Below are positions 9,137-18,097 of a stretch of 64,000 bases of DNA, in pieces. The stretch comes from Spirochaetia bacterium (GTDB lineage Bacteria; Spirochaetota; Spirochaetia; SZUA-6; Bin103), in the NCBI GenBank assembly GCA_965208575.1, contig CBDBOV010000003.1, positions 448,001-512,000 on the forward strand, read 5' to 3'. The notes under the pieces are model-generated. The model was given only the letters and a program-made list of their open reading frames with translations. It was not told the origin of the DNA and did not search any database. The first letter of the stretch is position 1, and every line of letters starts with the position of its first letter. The position numbers and the translations under genes are program-made.

Positions 9137-10612
9137 TCAGCAACCGGGGATCGACATCCTGGGCAGCAGAATGTCGGTCAAATCGCCGTCGACGCCGATG
9201 TCGGCAAGCAGCGCCAGGTGGGGGTGAAACTCCCCGATCTCGTACAGCGCATGGGCGTCACTCCCAAGGCTGATGCGAACGCCCGCCCTGATGCAGTCGG
9301 CGAAGAACGATGGTGGCGGCTCGTTAGTGTGGAAGTTGATCTCCGCCGCCACCCCGTGCTCCCGCAACAGCGCCACCGTGGGGGCGAACAGAGACGTCGG
9401 CACCGCAACGCCCGCGCGCCGGAAGACGCGGAACGGATGTGCCAGCACGTCGATGCCGTGGCGGCAGAGCCGAGCTACGATGCGGAGGAACTCGTCGGCC
9501 GCACGCGCGGTGTCAGGTGTGGGGGTTCGCAACTCCGGCAGCCAGTGAACGGCGCCGACGACGATATCGGCCCGCTCCAGGTCGGCAGGCTCGGCCACCG
9601 GGTTACCGGCGAAGTCGGCGTCGACCTCGAGTCCGGTCAACACGGAGTCGCTGCGATGCTCGGCGGCGGCTTGCCAGTAGTCGGCCATCCGCTCTGCCCG
9701 CCCGGTCCTGCCGTCGATGCCGCTCTCTCCGAGCATGCCGCTCCAGTACGTCGGGCTGTCGAAGTAGAGCTGGCCACTGTGTTCGGTGAACGCCAGCTGC
9801 TCGAGCCCAATCATCGCCGCGAAACCCGCACTCTGCGCCATGTCCACATCTTCGCCGCAGTAGGCAAACTGGGTATGCGAGTGGTAGTCGTTCAATGCCA
9901 GCGAACCTTGCAGCCGATGCTCCAGCACTTCGACGCCGATGTCGTCATCGTCAAGCGTCACAACGGCGAACGAGAACGGCGCCTCACACAGCGCCGGCGC
10001 GACCAGCGTCGTCACCCCGTCCTTCTGCCGTAGCCCGACACCGGGGTGATAGTGACCGCCTACTGCCAGCGTGTACCCATGGGCGCGCATCGTGGTGGTG
10101 ACTTCGGCACAGTTGGTGTAGCCGTAGCTGGCCTCGCCGCCGGGTACGGCGACGGGCACGTGCTGCAGCGCCACCAGCGGCCCGCGGTGGCCGTCGGCCA
10201 CGGCGGCCATCCGGTTCAGGTCCCGCGCGCTCCGCGACGCGTTGTAGCCCGGTTCTTCGGCGTCCACGAAGCTCGCCATGCGCACATTGTTGACATCCAG
10301 ATGCTCGACGCGCTCGAAGACGTCGTAGAATACGGCCGGACTCGGATCGTGATTGCCGGGCAGCGCCAGCCATGGGCAGTCGAGTCGCTCGAGGAGGTCA
10401 CGCAGTGCCCCCAGCAGAGCCGACGCGTCGGCAGCGTGCGGGTCATCTACCAGGTCGCCCAGGACGACGGTGACATCCGGCTTGACGTAACGATTCAACC
10501 TCTCGATCGTGCGGCGCAGCAGCACCGCACCCCACTGGCCTTGTCTGGCCGCGACGTTCGGCGGCGTGACGCAGTAGTGGATGTCCGTGATGACGGCAAT
10601 TCGGCAACTCAT
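9137..10612 (-). CDS. Calcineurin-like metallophosphoesterase fused to a PHP domain
   Basis: N-half DIH, GDLVD, GNHD, GHYH; C-half DYHSHT, FTEH, LAHP, GSDAH. Confidence 0.88.
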   Translation of the reverse strand: MSCRIAVITDIHYCVTPPNVAARQGQWGAVLLRRTIERLNRYVKPDVTVVLGDLVDDPHAADASALLGALRDLLERLDCPWLALPGNHDPSPAVFYDVFERVEHLDVNNVRMASFVDAEEPGYNASRSARDLNRMAAVADGHRGPLVALQHVPVAVPGGEASYGYTNCAEVTTTMRAHGYTLAVGGHYHPGVGLRQKDGVTTLVAPALCEAPFSFAVVTLDDDDIGVEVLEHRLQGSLALNDYHSHTQFAYCGEDVDMAQSAGFAAMIGLEQLAFTEHSGQLYFDSPTYWSGMLGESGIDGRTGRAERMADYWQAAAEHRSDSVLTGLEVDADFAGNPVAEPADLERADIVVGAVHWLPELRTPTPDTARAADEFLRIVARLCRHGIDVLAHPFRVFRRAGVAVPTSLFAPTVALLREHGVAAEINFHTNEPPPSFFADCIRAGVRISLGSDAHALYEIGEFHPHLALLADIGVDGDLTDILLPRMSIPGC

Positions 10613-10634
10613 ACTCCGCTCCTTCGACCCGTTG

Positions 10635-11768
10635 CTACTTGTACGGGTCGGATGCGTCGCGCAGTCCGTCTCCCAGAAAGCTGAAAGCGATGACGGTAGT
10701 GATGACGAACAGGCCCGGAATAAGAAGCCACGGGTAGAGAGCTACGACGTTCACTTGCTGCGCTCCTTTGAGCAGCGCGCCCCAGCTGACGGCCGGGGGA
10801 CGGATGCCAAGGCCGAGAAAGCTCAGAGCCGTCTCGCCAATGATCATGTTGGGTATGGACAGCGTCAGGCTGACGATCAGATAGCTCAAGAACGACGGCA
10901 GAAGATGCCTGATGATGATCTTCCGGTCTTTGGCGCCGGCGATTCCGGCCGCCAGGATGTAGTCCTCTTCCCGCACGCTGATGAGTTTGCCCCGCACCAC
11001 CCTTGCCAGCTGGCACCAACCCATGAACGAGACGATTATCGTAATGGCGAAGTAGGTCCTGATAATCGGCCAATCCGCGGGAACGGCAGCGGCGAGGGCC
11101 ATCCACAGCGGTATGTATGGCAGCGATAGGAAGAACTCGATAACCCTTTGGATGATGACGTCGATGGTGCCGCCGAAGTATCCCGACACGCCGCCCAGTA
11201 TGCAGCCCAGAGCGAAGGCGATTGCCACGCCTACCAGGCCGATGCTCAAGGAAACGCGGGTACCGTAAATGATCCGGGAGAACAAGTCTCTGCCCAACCT
11301 GTCGGTGCCAAACAGCAGCAAGGGCGCTGCGGGATCCTGCAGACCGAACAGATGGAGATTCGTCTCGAACAGGCCCCAGAGCCGGTACGGGCGGCCATGC
11401 ACGAAGAAAGAAATCGCGTAGCGTTCGCTCTTATCTTCGGCGAACTTCCAGCTCCAGGTCTCCGCATCGCGCGTCTTTTCGATGCCGTACACGAAGAAGC
11501 CGAAATGGAACCGGCCTTCCGCATCGACCAGCCGAACCCGCTGGGGTGGATGATACCGGTAGTCCGTGCGATCCAGCGGGCCATAGGGCGCCACAAACTC
11601 GGCCCAAACCACCAGAAAGTAGAAGATGAAGAGCACCACGCCACCAGTAACGGCCAGTTTATGCTTCCTGAACTTCCGCCACATAAGCTGCCACTGAGAG
11701 GCTATGTAGTACCTCTCCTCGGCGCTGATACCGCGTCCTTCCGGCATGCTGCTGCGCCTATTTCTCAT
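10635..11768 (-). CDS. ABC permease (DppC/OppC-like); start may be 11747
   Basis: WRKFRKHK, GTDRLGRDLFSR, ETALSFLGLG, GDGLRDASDP. Confidence 0.92.
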   Translation of the reverse strand: MRNRRSSMPEGRGISAEERYYIASQWQLMWRKFRKHKLAVTGGVVLFIFYFLVVWAEFVAPYGPLDRTDYRYHPPQRVRLVDAEGRFHFGFFVYGIEKTRDAETWSWKFAEDKSERYAISFFVHGRPYRLWGLFETNLHLFGLQDPAAPLLLFGTDRLGRDLFSRIIYGTRVSLSIGLVGVAIAFALGCILGGVSGYFGGTIDVIIQRVIEFFLSLPYIPLWMALAAAVPADWPIIRTYFAITIIVSFMGWCQLARVVRGKLISVREEDYILAAGIAGAKDRKIIIRHLLPSFLSYLIVSLTLSIPNMIIGETALSFLGLGIRPPAVSWGALLKGAQQVNVVALYPWLLIPGLFVITTVIAFSFLGDGLRDASDPYK

Positions 11769-12744
11769 AGCGAATCCGCGGATCGAGCCACAGCAACAGC
11801 ATATCGGAGATGAATGTGCCGAGGACCGTCAGAACGCTCAGAAACAGCACGGCGCTTCCCGCCAGATAGCTGTCCTGGCTCATCAGAGCGCTAAACAGCA
11901 AGGCCCCGGTCGTGGGCAGACTCAGCACGATCGCCGTAATGGTGGACCCCGAGACAACGGCAGGCAGCACCCAACCTATGGTGCTCACGATGGGGTTGAT
12001 CGAAACCCGCACGGGATACTTGAACAGCAGTTTTCTTTCCACCACCCCTTTGGCGCGCGCAGTTACGACGTATTGCTTTCTCAGCTCGTCCAGCAGGACG
12101 CCGCGCATGACGCGGATCACTCCCGCGGTGCCGGCCGTACCGATGACAAGGACGGGCACGGGCAGGTGTTTCAGCATGTCCAGAAACTTGGCGATGCTCC
12201 AGGCGGCGACCTCGTACTCAGGAGAGAAGAGGCCTCCGGGACTCCAGCCGAACCAGGAATAGAAGCCAAACATCAGAATCAAGGCCAGAAGAAAGTTCGG
12301 CGTGGCGAGGCCGATGACACCGAGAAAGGTGAATGCATAGTCACGAACGGAATACTGGTGGAGAGCCGAATACATGCCGATGGGCACGCCTACGCCGTAT
12401 ATGAATACCATCGAGAAGCTGGAGATGATGATCGTCAGGGGCAAGCGCTCGACAAGAAGCTCGCCCACGGGTCTGTTCCATTCGAAGGATCTGCCAAAAT
12501 CCCCTCGCATCATGTCGCCCAACCACTTCAGGTAGCGGCGATACAGTGGCAGGTTCAGACCGTACTGCTTCTCCAGGGAGGCGATCTCCGCCTTGGAGAC
12601 CTCGTTCCCGCTCTCTCGGAGCTGCATGATGTAGGAAGTGAGGTAGTCGCCGGGAGGAAGCTCGATCAGCATGAACGACACGGTGGCCGTGGCCAAGAGC
12701 ACAACCACCATATAGCTCATCCGCCGAACGATGTAGGGCAGCAA
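11758..12744 (-). CDS. ABC permease (DppB/OppB-like); TTG start inferred, ORF open to 12801
   Basis: YIVRR, LPPGDYL, YVVTARAKG, DPRI. Confidence 0.9.
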   Translation of the reverse strand: MLPYIVRRMSYMVVVLLATATVSFMLIELPPGDYLTSYIMQLRESGNEVSKAEIASLEKQYGLNLPLYRRYLKWLGDMMRGDFGRSFEWNRPVGELLVERLPLTIIISSFSMVFIYGVGVPIGMYSALHQYSVRDYAFTFLGVIGLATPNFLLALILMFGFYSWFGWSPGGLFSPEYEVAAWSIAKFLDMLKHLPVPVLVIGTAGTAGVIRVMRGVLLDELRKQYVVTARAKGVVERKLLFKYPVRVSINPIVSTIGWVLPAVVSGSTITAIVLSLPTTGALLFSALMSQDSYLAGSAVLFLSVLTVLGTFISDMLLLWLDPRIRYEK

Positions 12745-12765
12745 ACGCGGATTCCCTCTGCTAGC

Positions 12766-12791
12766 GGGGCCGCCCTCTTGCGGGCGGCCCC
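12766..12791 (-). terminator. GC-rich stem-loop between SBP and permease genes
   Basis: ggggccgccc-tcttgc-gggcggcccc perfect 10-bp stem. Confidence 0.6.
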
Positions 12792-12797
12792 TGTTGC

Positions 12798-14849
12798 TCA
12801 ATTATCGAAAAACCACACCTCTGGAAGGTAAGAATACACGTACAGACTGTCCCACGTGTACACACCCTGGTCCAGGGCGACGTTCCTCAGATCCTTGTTC
12901 AGAACTAGGGGTTGCCGGATGTCCGTGACGGTGCCGATCAGGTTGACCTGATCGATGAACCAGTCGAACAGCTCCTGCCCCAGTTCGATGTACTCGGGCG
13001 AGCCCTGCGGGAGGACCACGAACTTATCCGTGCCTTCGAACCACTCCTTTACTTCCTCAGGAGGCTCCTCGCCGGATTGTCCCTGGGTGTCCCGCCATTT
13101 GATCCACTCCACGCCGGCGCCTATCCCGCCGGAGAAGTTGATAGAGCCGTTCTTTGAGGCCAGCAGCGGCCCCTCCAGTGCGGCGTCCAGATGCCACACC
13201 CCGACGTCGTGCTCGGCGGCATTGATCCGGGTGAAGTAGAACGTGCGCTCCAGGGGCTTCAGCTCTGTCTGTACACCGACTGCATCCCAGTATTCTTTTA
13301 TGAGTTCGAGCGTCGGCGTTCTGGGCCCTCTCTCCTGGTACTCTATGATCACCACGAGCTTCTCGCCGTCGGGCCTCAGGCGAAAGCCGCTGTCGTCCCG
13401 CTCCGCCAGGCCGATCTCATCCAGAAGTCTGTTGGCATGATCCGGATCGAACTGAGCCCACGCGTTTTCCCACCCCTGCTTGTAAAAGCTGGTTGATGCG
13501 TCCGGTGTCACCGCCGAGGGAACCCCCTGGCCGGCGAAAACGATCTCGTTGATTTCGTCCCGATTAATGGCCATGGACATGGCCCGCCGAAACGCGACAT
13601 TCTGGAAAATCTCCCGCTTGGCAGGATCCTTGCTGGTCTGGTTGAAGGCCAGGAACACGAGGTGCCCGGGATATTTTACCAGCGCAACACGATAGCCCGC
13701 GCTCTCCTGGTTCTTCAACAACAAGGGATAGTCGTCTCCCGAGACCTCTCTCCAGTTGATGTCGAATTCGCCCGCCACCACCTGCAGTTTCAGAGTCTCT
13801 GCGTCACCGACCAAGGATCTGGTGATGCTGTCTATGTAGGGTAGCTGGTTGCCCGCCGTGTCGACCGCCAGGTAGTAGGGATTCCTGACGAAAGTCCGGT
13901 GGGTGGGAGCAACGGTATCCAGTGCCCACGCGGCAACCACAGGCAACCCCGTGTCCGTCTGCTGCGGCCCGTAGGTTCGGTGGAAATTGAAGGCCTCCCA
14001 CCAAGTGTCATAGCCTTCCTTTTTTGCTACCGCGGTGGCCTCGGAGTTGTGCTCTATGTGCCAGTTCTTCAGATATTCGCTTGGCTGGTAGAATGCGTTC
14101 TGCCGGCCGCCGTGGTGGGCAATGGTGAAGACCGCGGCGGGATTCGATTCCGCAAACCGGATGCGCAGGGTAGTGTCGTCAATCTTCTCGAATTGCGCGA
14201 GTTCGCCTCCCGACATCCACCGTCCGGGTTTGGTCGGTGTAAGCTCATCGTTCAGGATCTGGTCCTCCCACCAGAAGAGTACGTCCTCAAGGGTAAACGG
14301 CGAGCCGTCGGACCACTTGTGGCCCTCCCTGAAGTGAAGGGTGATAGTCTTGCCGTCTGCCGAGAGCTCGTAACCCTTGGTCAGGTAGGGCAGCACCTGG
14401 GCGGTATCCGCACTGTATCTCAGCAGTCCGGGCCAGCGAGCATCGGTGAAATCCGTCCACCCGGTAAAGCCGACCGAACCCACACGCATGCTGCCGCCGT
14501 ATTGGCCTACCTTCTCCATCGGAACCAGCACCAGTGGCTCTTTGGGAAGCCTCTGTTCCACTGGCGGGATCTCTCCGGAGGTGACCCTGGCCGTCAACTC
14601 CGGCGCTTCCTGGTAGCTGGTTATCTCGTGGCCGGTGGCTTCCGTGAAGTCGGCCGGCGTGGCATACACGAAATCCCCCGTCTTGAAAGCAGCGTTGGGC
14701 CACTGGTCAGCCGCTGCCGTCAGTGCTTGCTGCGCCGCACCGCCTGCACCGGCCGCTGCCTCCTCGGGTTCGGCCTCACCGCCTCCAAAGACCGTCGCGG
14801 TCGCCACCAGGGCGATCAGCGCAAAGGCCAACAATCTCCTGTGAAACAT
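12798..14849 (-). CDS. ABC transporter substrate-binding protein, family 5
   Basis: RBS AAGGAGG, signal MFHRRLLAFALIALVATATVFGGGEAE, IPPVEQRLP, KWSDGSPFT, RNPYYLAVDTAGNQLPYID. Confidence 0.93.
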   Translation of the reverse strand: MFHRRLLAFALIALVATATVFGGGEAEPEEAAAGAGGAAQQALTAAADQWPNAAFKTGDFVYATPADFTEATGHEITSYQEAPELTARVTSGEIPPVEQRLPKEPLVLVPMEKVGQYGGSMRVGSVGFTGWTDFTDARWPGLLRYSADTAQVLPYLTKGYELSADGKTITLHFREGHKWSDGSPFTLEDVLFWWEDQILNDELTPTKPGRWMSGGELAQFEKIDDTTLRIRFAESNPAAVFTIAHHGGRQNAFYQPSEYLKNWHIEHNSEATAVAKKEGYDTWWEAFNFHRTYGPQQTDTGLPVVAAWALDTVAPTHRTFVRNPYYLAVDTAGNQLPYIDSITRSLVGDAETLKLQVVAGEFDINWREVSGDDYPLLLKNQESAGYRVALVKYPGHLVFLAFNQTSKDPAKREIFQNVAFRRAMSMAINRDEINEIVFAGQGVPSAVTPDASTSFYKQGWENAWAQFDPDHANRLLDEIGLAERDDSGFRLRPDGEKLVVIIEYQERGPRTPTLELIKEYWDAVGVQTELKPLERTFYFTRINAAEHDVGVWHLDAALEGPLLASKNGSINFSGGIGAGVEWIKWRDTQGQSGEEPPEEVKEWFEGTDKFVVLPQGSPEYIELGQELFDWFIDQVNLIGTVTDIRQPLVLNKDLRNVALDQGVYTWDSLYVYSYLPEVWFFDN

Positions 14850-15071
14850 CGTTATCCTCCTTGAGTGATGGATCAGCATATCGAACCCCCCGAACGAGTG
14901 TAAAGCACGGCGAGCCGCTTCGGGGTCGTGACTGATCAGGACGAGGGCGAGGCGGTGGTCGCGGTCGCGACGGCGGTCGCCGGCGGGTGTGGCAAGATTG
15001 GCGCGGCACCGCCAAGGCTGGTCCGGCGCCTGGTGGCGCGGCGCCGGTCGAATTGGATTAAGATGGTGGAG

Positions 15072-16133
15072 ATGCAGCGACCGATACGCTTGGGTCTGAT
15101 CGGCTGCGGCGGCATCGTGCGGATCGCACACGCGCCGGGCTATCAGTCGATCCCCGAACTGGTGCAGGTCACCGCGCTGGCCGATCCGGTCGGCGACAAC
15201 CTGCAGCAGGTGGGGCAGATGCTGGCCGTGCCGCCGGAGCGGCGCTACGCCGACCATCGGCAGATGCTGGAGCACGCCGAGTTGGACGCGGTCACCATCG
15301 CCACGCCGCACCACCTGCACGCCGCGCACGCGATGGACGCGGCGGCTGCGGGCGTGGCCGTGATCTCCGAGAAACCGATGGCCACCTCCGTGGATGAGGC
15401 GCAGCAGGTGCTGGCGGCGGTGGAGCGCCACGGCGTGCCCTACGCGGTGGTGCACAACTTCCTGTTCACCCCGGGCATGGAGCGGGCGCGGGCGCTGCTG
15501 GCCGCGGGCGCCGGCGTGGGGACACCCTTCTTCGGCCGCGCCAAGTCGCTGTTCAACAAGACCGACGATCGCGCCGACCCGAACAACGAGTGGCGCGCCT
15601 CGCGCGCGGCCGGGGGCGGCGCCATCAACGACACCGCCTACCACGAGATCTACCTGCTGGAGACGCTGGTCGGCTCGCCGGTGCGCTACGTGGAGGCGCG
15701 CGTGGCCACTCAGCACTTCGCCTTCGACGTGGACGACCTGGCGCTGCTGCTGCTGGAGCACGAGGGGGGCGCCCTGTCCACGGTGGCCACCTCCTGGTGC
15801 GTCCCCGGCGGCGACGCCGGCGAGAGCGCCAACCTGGCCGAGGCGCAGGGCCCGGCGGGCGGGGTGCGCGTGATGCGCCGCGGCCGCGGACTGTGGCAGT
15901 ATGCGCGCGATACCCGGCAGTGGTGGGAGGTGGCGCTGCCGCCGCAGCCGGCGTGGGCGGAAAGCGGCCATGGGCGCTACTTCGCCGCCACCTTCGAGGC
16001 CCTGGCCGCGGGCGCGCCGCCCCCGATCGGCGGCGAGCTGGCCTTGCACAACCTGCGCATCGTCGCCGCTGCCCGCCGCGCCAGCGCCGAACGCCGCGCC
16101 GTCGAGCTGCCGCCGCCGGACGCCGCCGGCTAA
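15072..16133 (+). CDS. Gfo/Idh/MocA family oxidoreductase (copy 2)
   Basis: Same protein as copy 1 except V5I and one H/N change. Confidence 0.93.
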   Translation: MQRPIRLGLIGCGGIVRIAHAPGYQSIPELVQVTALADPVGDNLQQVGQMLAVPPERRYADHRQMLEHAELDAVTIATPHHLHAAHAMDAAAAGVAVISEKPMATSVDEAQQVLAAVERHGVPYAVVHNFLFTPGMERARALLAAGAGVGTPFFGRAKSLFNKTDDRADPNNEWRASRAAGGGAINDTAYHEIYLLETLVGSPVRYVEARVATQHFAFDVDDLALLLLEHEGGALSTVATSWCVPGGDAGESANLAEAQGPAGGVRVMRRGRGLWQYARDTRQWWEVALPPQPAWAESGHGRYFAATFEALAAGAPPPIGGELALHNLRIVAAARRASAERRAVELPPPDAAG

Positions 16134-16194
16134 GCGGAACACCCGGCACGCGACCCCCGAGCAACCGAGCAACCGAGCTTCAAGGAGGAGCACC

Positions 16195-17033
16195 ATGAGA
16201 CCCTGGATTGACTGTCACAACCACGTCGGGCGCACCCTGAACCGGCTGCCGCCCACCGGCCAGAGCACCGCCATGGCGCTGGCCCGATTCGCCGAGACGA
16301 ATGTCTACGCCAGCCTTTCGATGCCGACCGCCACCGGCGGCCTGATGCTGCGCGGGCTGGAGGATATCCGCGACCAGAACCGGGTGATCGCCCGCGCCCG
16401 CCGCGACTTTCCCGCGCACACGCCGCTGGGACTGGCGCTGGTGGAGCCGTGCCTGGGGCGCGTCGCCGTCGACGAGGCGGAGTGGGCGATGAGCGAACTG
16501 GGCCTGCACGGCATCGTCTCCCACCCGCCGGTGCGCGAGGCGTGCATCCCGTTCGTGGAGATGGCCGCGGCACGCGGCGGGCTGTGCAACGTGCACATGC
16601 ACGACGCCCTGTTCGGCGAGATCGCGCGCATGTTCCCCGGCGCCACCTTCATCACCCATGCCAGCAGCCACGCCGCCGAGCACTTCGCGGGGCTGGACAA
16701 CGTCTGGTTCGAGGTGGTGCAGTACCCGGACGGGCGCGGCAGCCGCTGGGACTTCGGCCGGCTGGCCGGCCAGGTGGGCCGCGAGCGGATACTGTTCGGC
16801 GCCGACCTGCCCTATTACGACTACCGCCTGCTGCAGCGGATCATCGAACAGGCGCCGGTCGACGACGACCTCAAGGACCGCATCGCCTACCGCAACATGC
16901 TGGAGCTGATCCGCCAGTACAACCCACAGTGGCGCATGCCCGACGCCCGCCCGCGGCCCCTCGCGTGTATCGCGCCGAGGAGCTGTGGGCCGTGGACCCG
17001 GACAAGCCCGACCGGCTGACCGTCTACGGCTGA
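16195..17033 (+). CDS. Amidohydrolase_2 family protein (copy 2), -1 frameshift at ~16946
   Basis: gacgcccgccc versus gacgccccgccc in copy 1; C-terminus DRLTVYG lies in another frame. Confidence 0.85.
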
Positions 17034-17055
17034 CCCGAGCGGCCCGCCGCGGCAC

Positions 17056-17958
17056 TCAGGCCGACCCTTTGAGAGCGGCGACTTCCTCGCGCAGCCGCAC
17101 CAGCTCAGCTTGCTCAGCCTGGGCTCGGTTCCAGATCGCCCTGGTGCGCTCGTCGGGACCGTAGGCGCTCGGCGGCATCAGCATGGCGCGCTGCCGGTCC
17201 GAAAGGTCGCCATAGTGGTCAGCGTTGTAGTAGCACGGGCTCCAGGCGACGGCGTGCGGAGTGTACTTGTAGAAGATCGTCCGCCGTTCGTTCGGTCCCC
17301 TCCAGGGCACGGTTCCGTGGGCAAGGGCTTCGGTGAAGATGATGGCGTCACCGGCGCCGACAGCCACGCGGTCCACGACCTCCGGGATTTCGTCCTGGGT
17401 GGCGCTGTTCTTCCAGTCAGGTGGCAGCTCGAAGTTGGCCTTGTGGCTGCCCGCGACGCAGGCGAAACCGCCATCGCCGGGCTGCACCGTGTGCAGTTCG
17501 TACGCAACCGCGATCAGACCGTTGTAAAACGTGCCGTTGTTGTAGCGGTAGTAGCACTGACCACCATCGGTGGGTCCCACGAGCGTGGTGTCTCCGCCGG
17601 CGCCCTGCCCGCCCCCGTGCAGATAGAGCGATCGGTGGTCCTCGGCATTGTTGACGTTGAGGTAGTCGTGATCGAGCCGGTAGCCCACTCCCAGGAGTTG
17701 TTCCAGATACGGCGCGATGGTGGGAAGGTCGATCAGGTCGATGTAGGGACCGCCCCACTCGAGCAGCGAGGCCGACGACCAGGCCCGGTCGGCATCGGCC
17801 GGCAACCGCGTTCGGTCGGACCCGTAGTGACGCCTGACGCCCTTGGCGCGCACCCGGTCGAACTGCTCGGACAAGGCGGCGACCTGGTCGGCGGTCAGGG
17901 CGTTTCTGACGACCAGGTACCCGCGCAAGTCGAAGAAATACTTCTCATGATGGTTCAC
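17056..17958 (-). CDS. PhyH-family dioxygenase (copy 2, intact)
   Basis: Uninterrupted ORF from GTG; same motifs as copy 1. Confidence 0.9.
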   Translation of the reverse strand: MNHHEKYFFDLRGYLVVRNALTADQVAALSEQFDRVRAKGVRRHYGSDRTRLPADADRAWSSASLLEWGGPYIDLIDLPTIAPYLEQLLGVGYRLDHDYLNVNNAEDHRSLYLHGGGQGAGGDTTLVGPTDGGQCYYRYNNGTFYNGLIAVAYELHTVQPGDGGFACVAGSHKANFELPPDWKNSATQDEIPEVVDRVAVGAGDAIIFTEALAHGTVPWRGPNERRTIFYKYTPHAVAWSPCYYNADHYGDLSDRQRAMLMPPSAYGPDERTRAIWNRAQAEQAELVRLREEVAALKGSA

Positions 17959-18054
17959 AATCCGAACTCTACCGTTTAGCAGTGAGGTCCCGCAAATGTG
18001 CGAGTTGATGGCGCCGCCTCCAGCCGCCACGCCGCCGAGCAATTCGCATCGCTC

Positions 18055-18079
18055 GACCGGCTGACCGTGTACGGCTGAC
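18055..18079 (+). repeat. Third, isolated copy of the amidohydrolase 3' end (DRLTVYG-stop)
   Basis: gaccggctgaccgtgtacggctgac versus gaccggctgaccgtctacggctgac at ~8109 and ~17010. Confidence 0.8.
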
Positions 18080-18097
18080 GCGGCCGCCCGCCACGGC

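Larger units (their letters stand above)
15068..17960. repeat. 2.9-kb direct repeat, copy 2
   Basis: Near-identical to 6166-9060; substitutions concentrated in the PhyH part. Confidence 0.97.

Noticed and set aside
14850-16196. Apparent 1132-aa SBP with a long N-terminal extension
   Set aside because: The extension is antisense to the oxidoreductase; RBS and signal peptide place the start at 14849
18003-18035. Minus-strand GVAAGGGAIN resembling the oxidoreductase motif AAGGGAIND
   Set aside because: Too short and GC-rich to separate from chance
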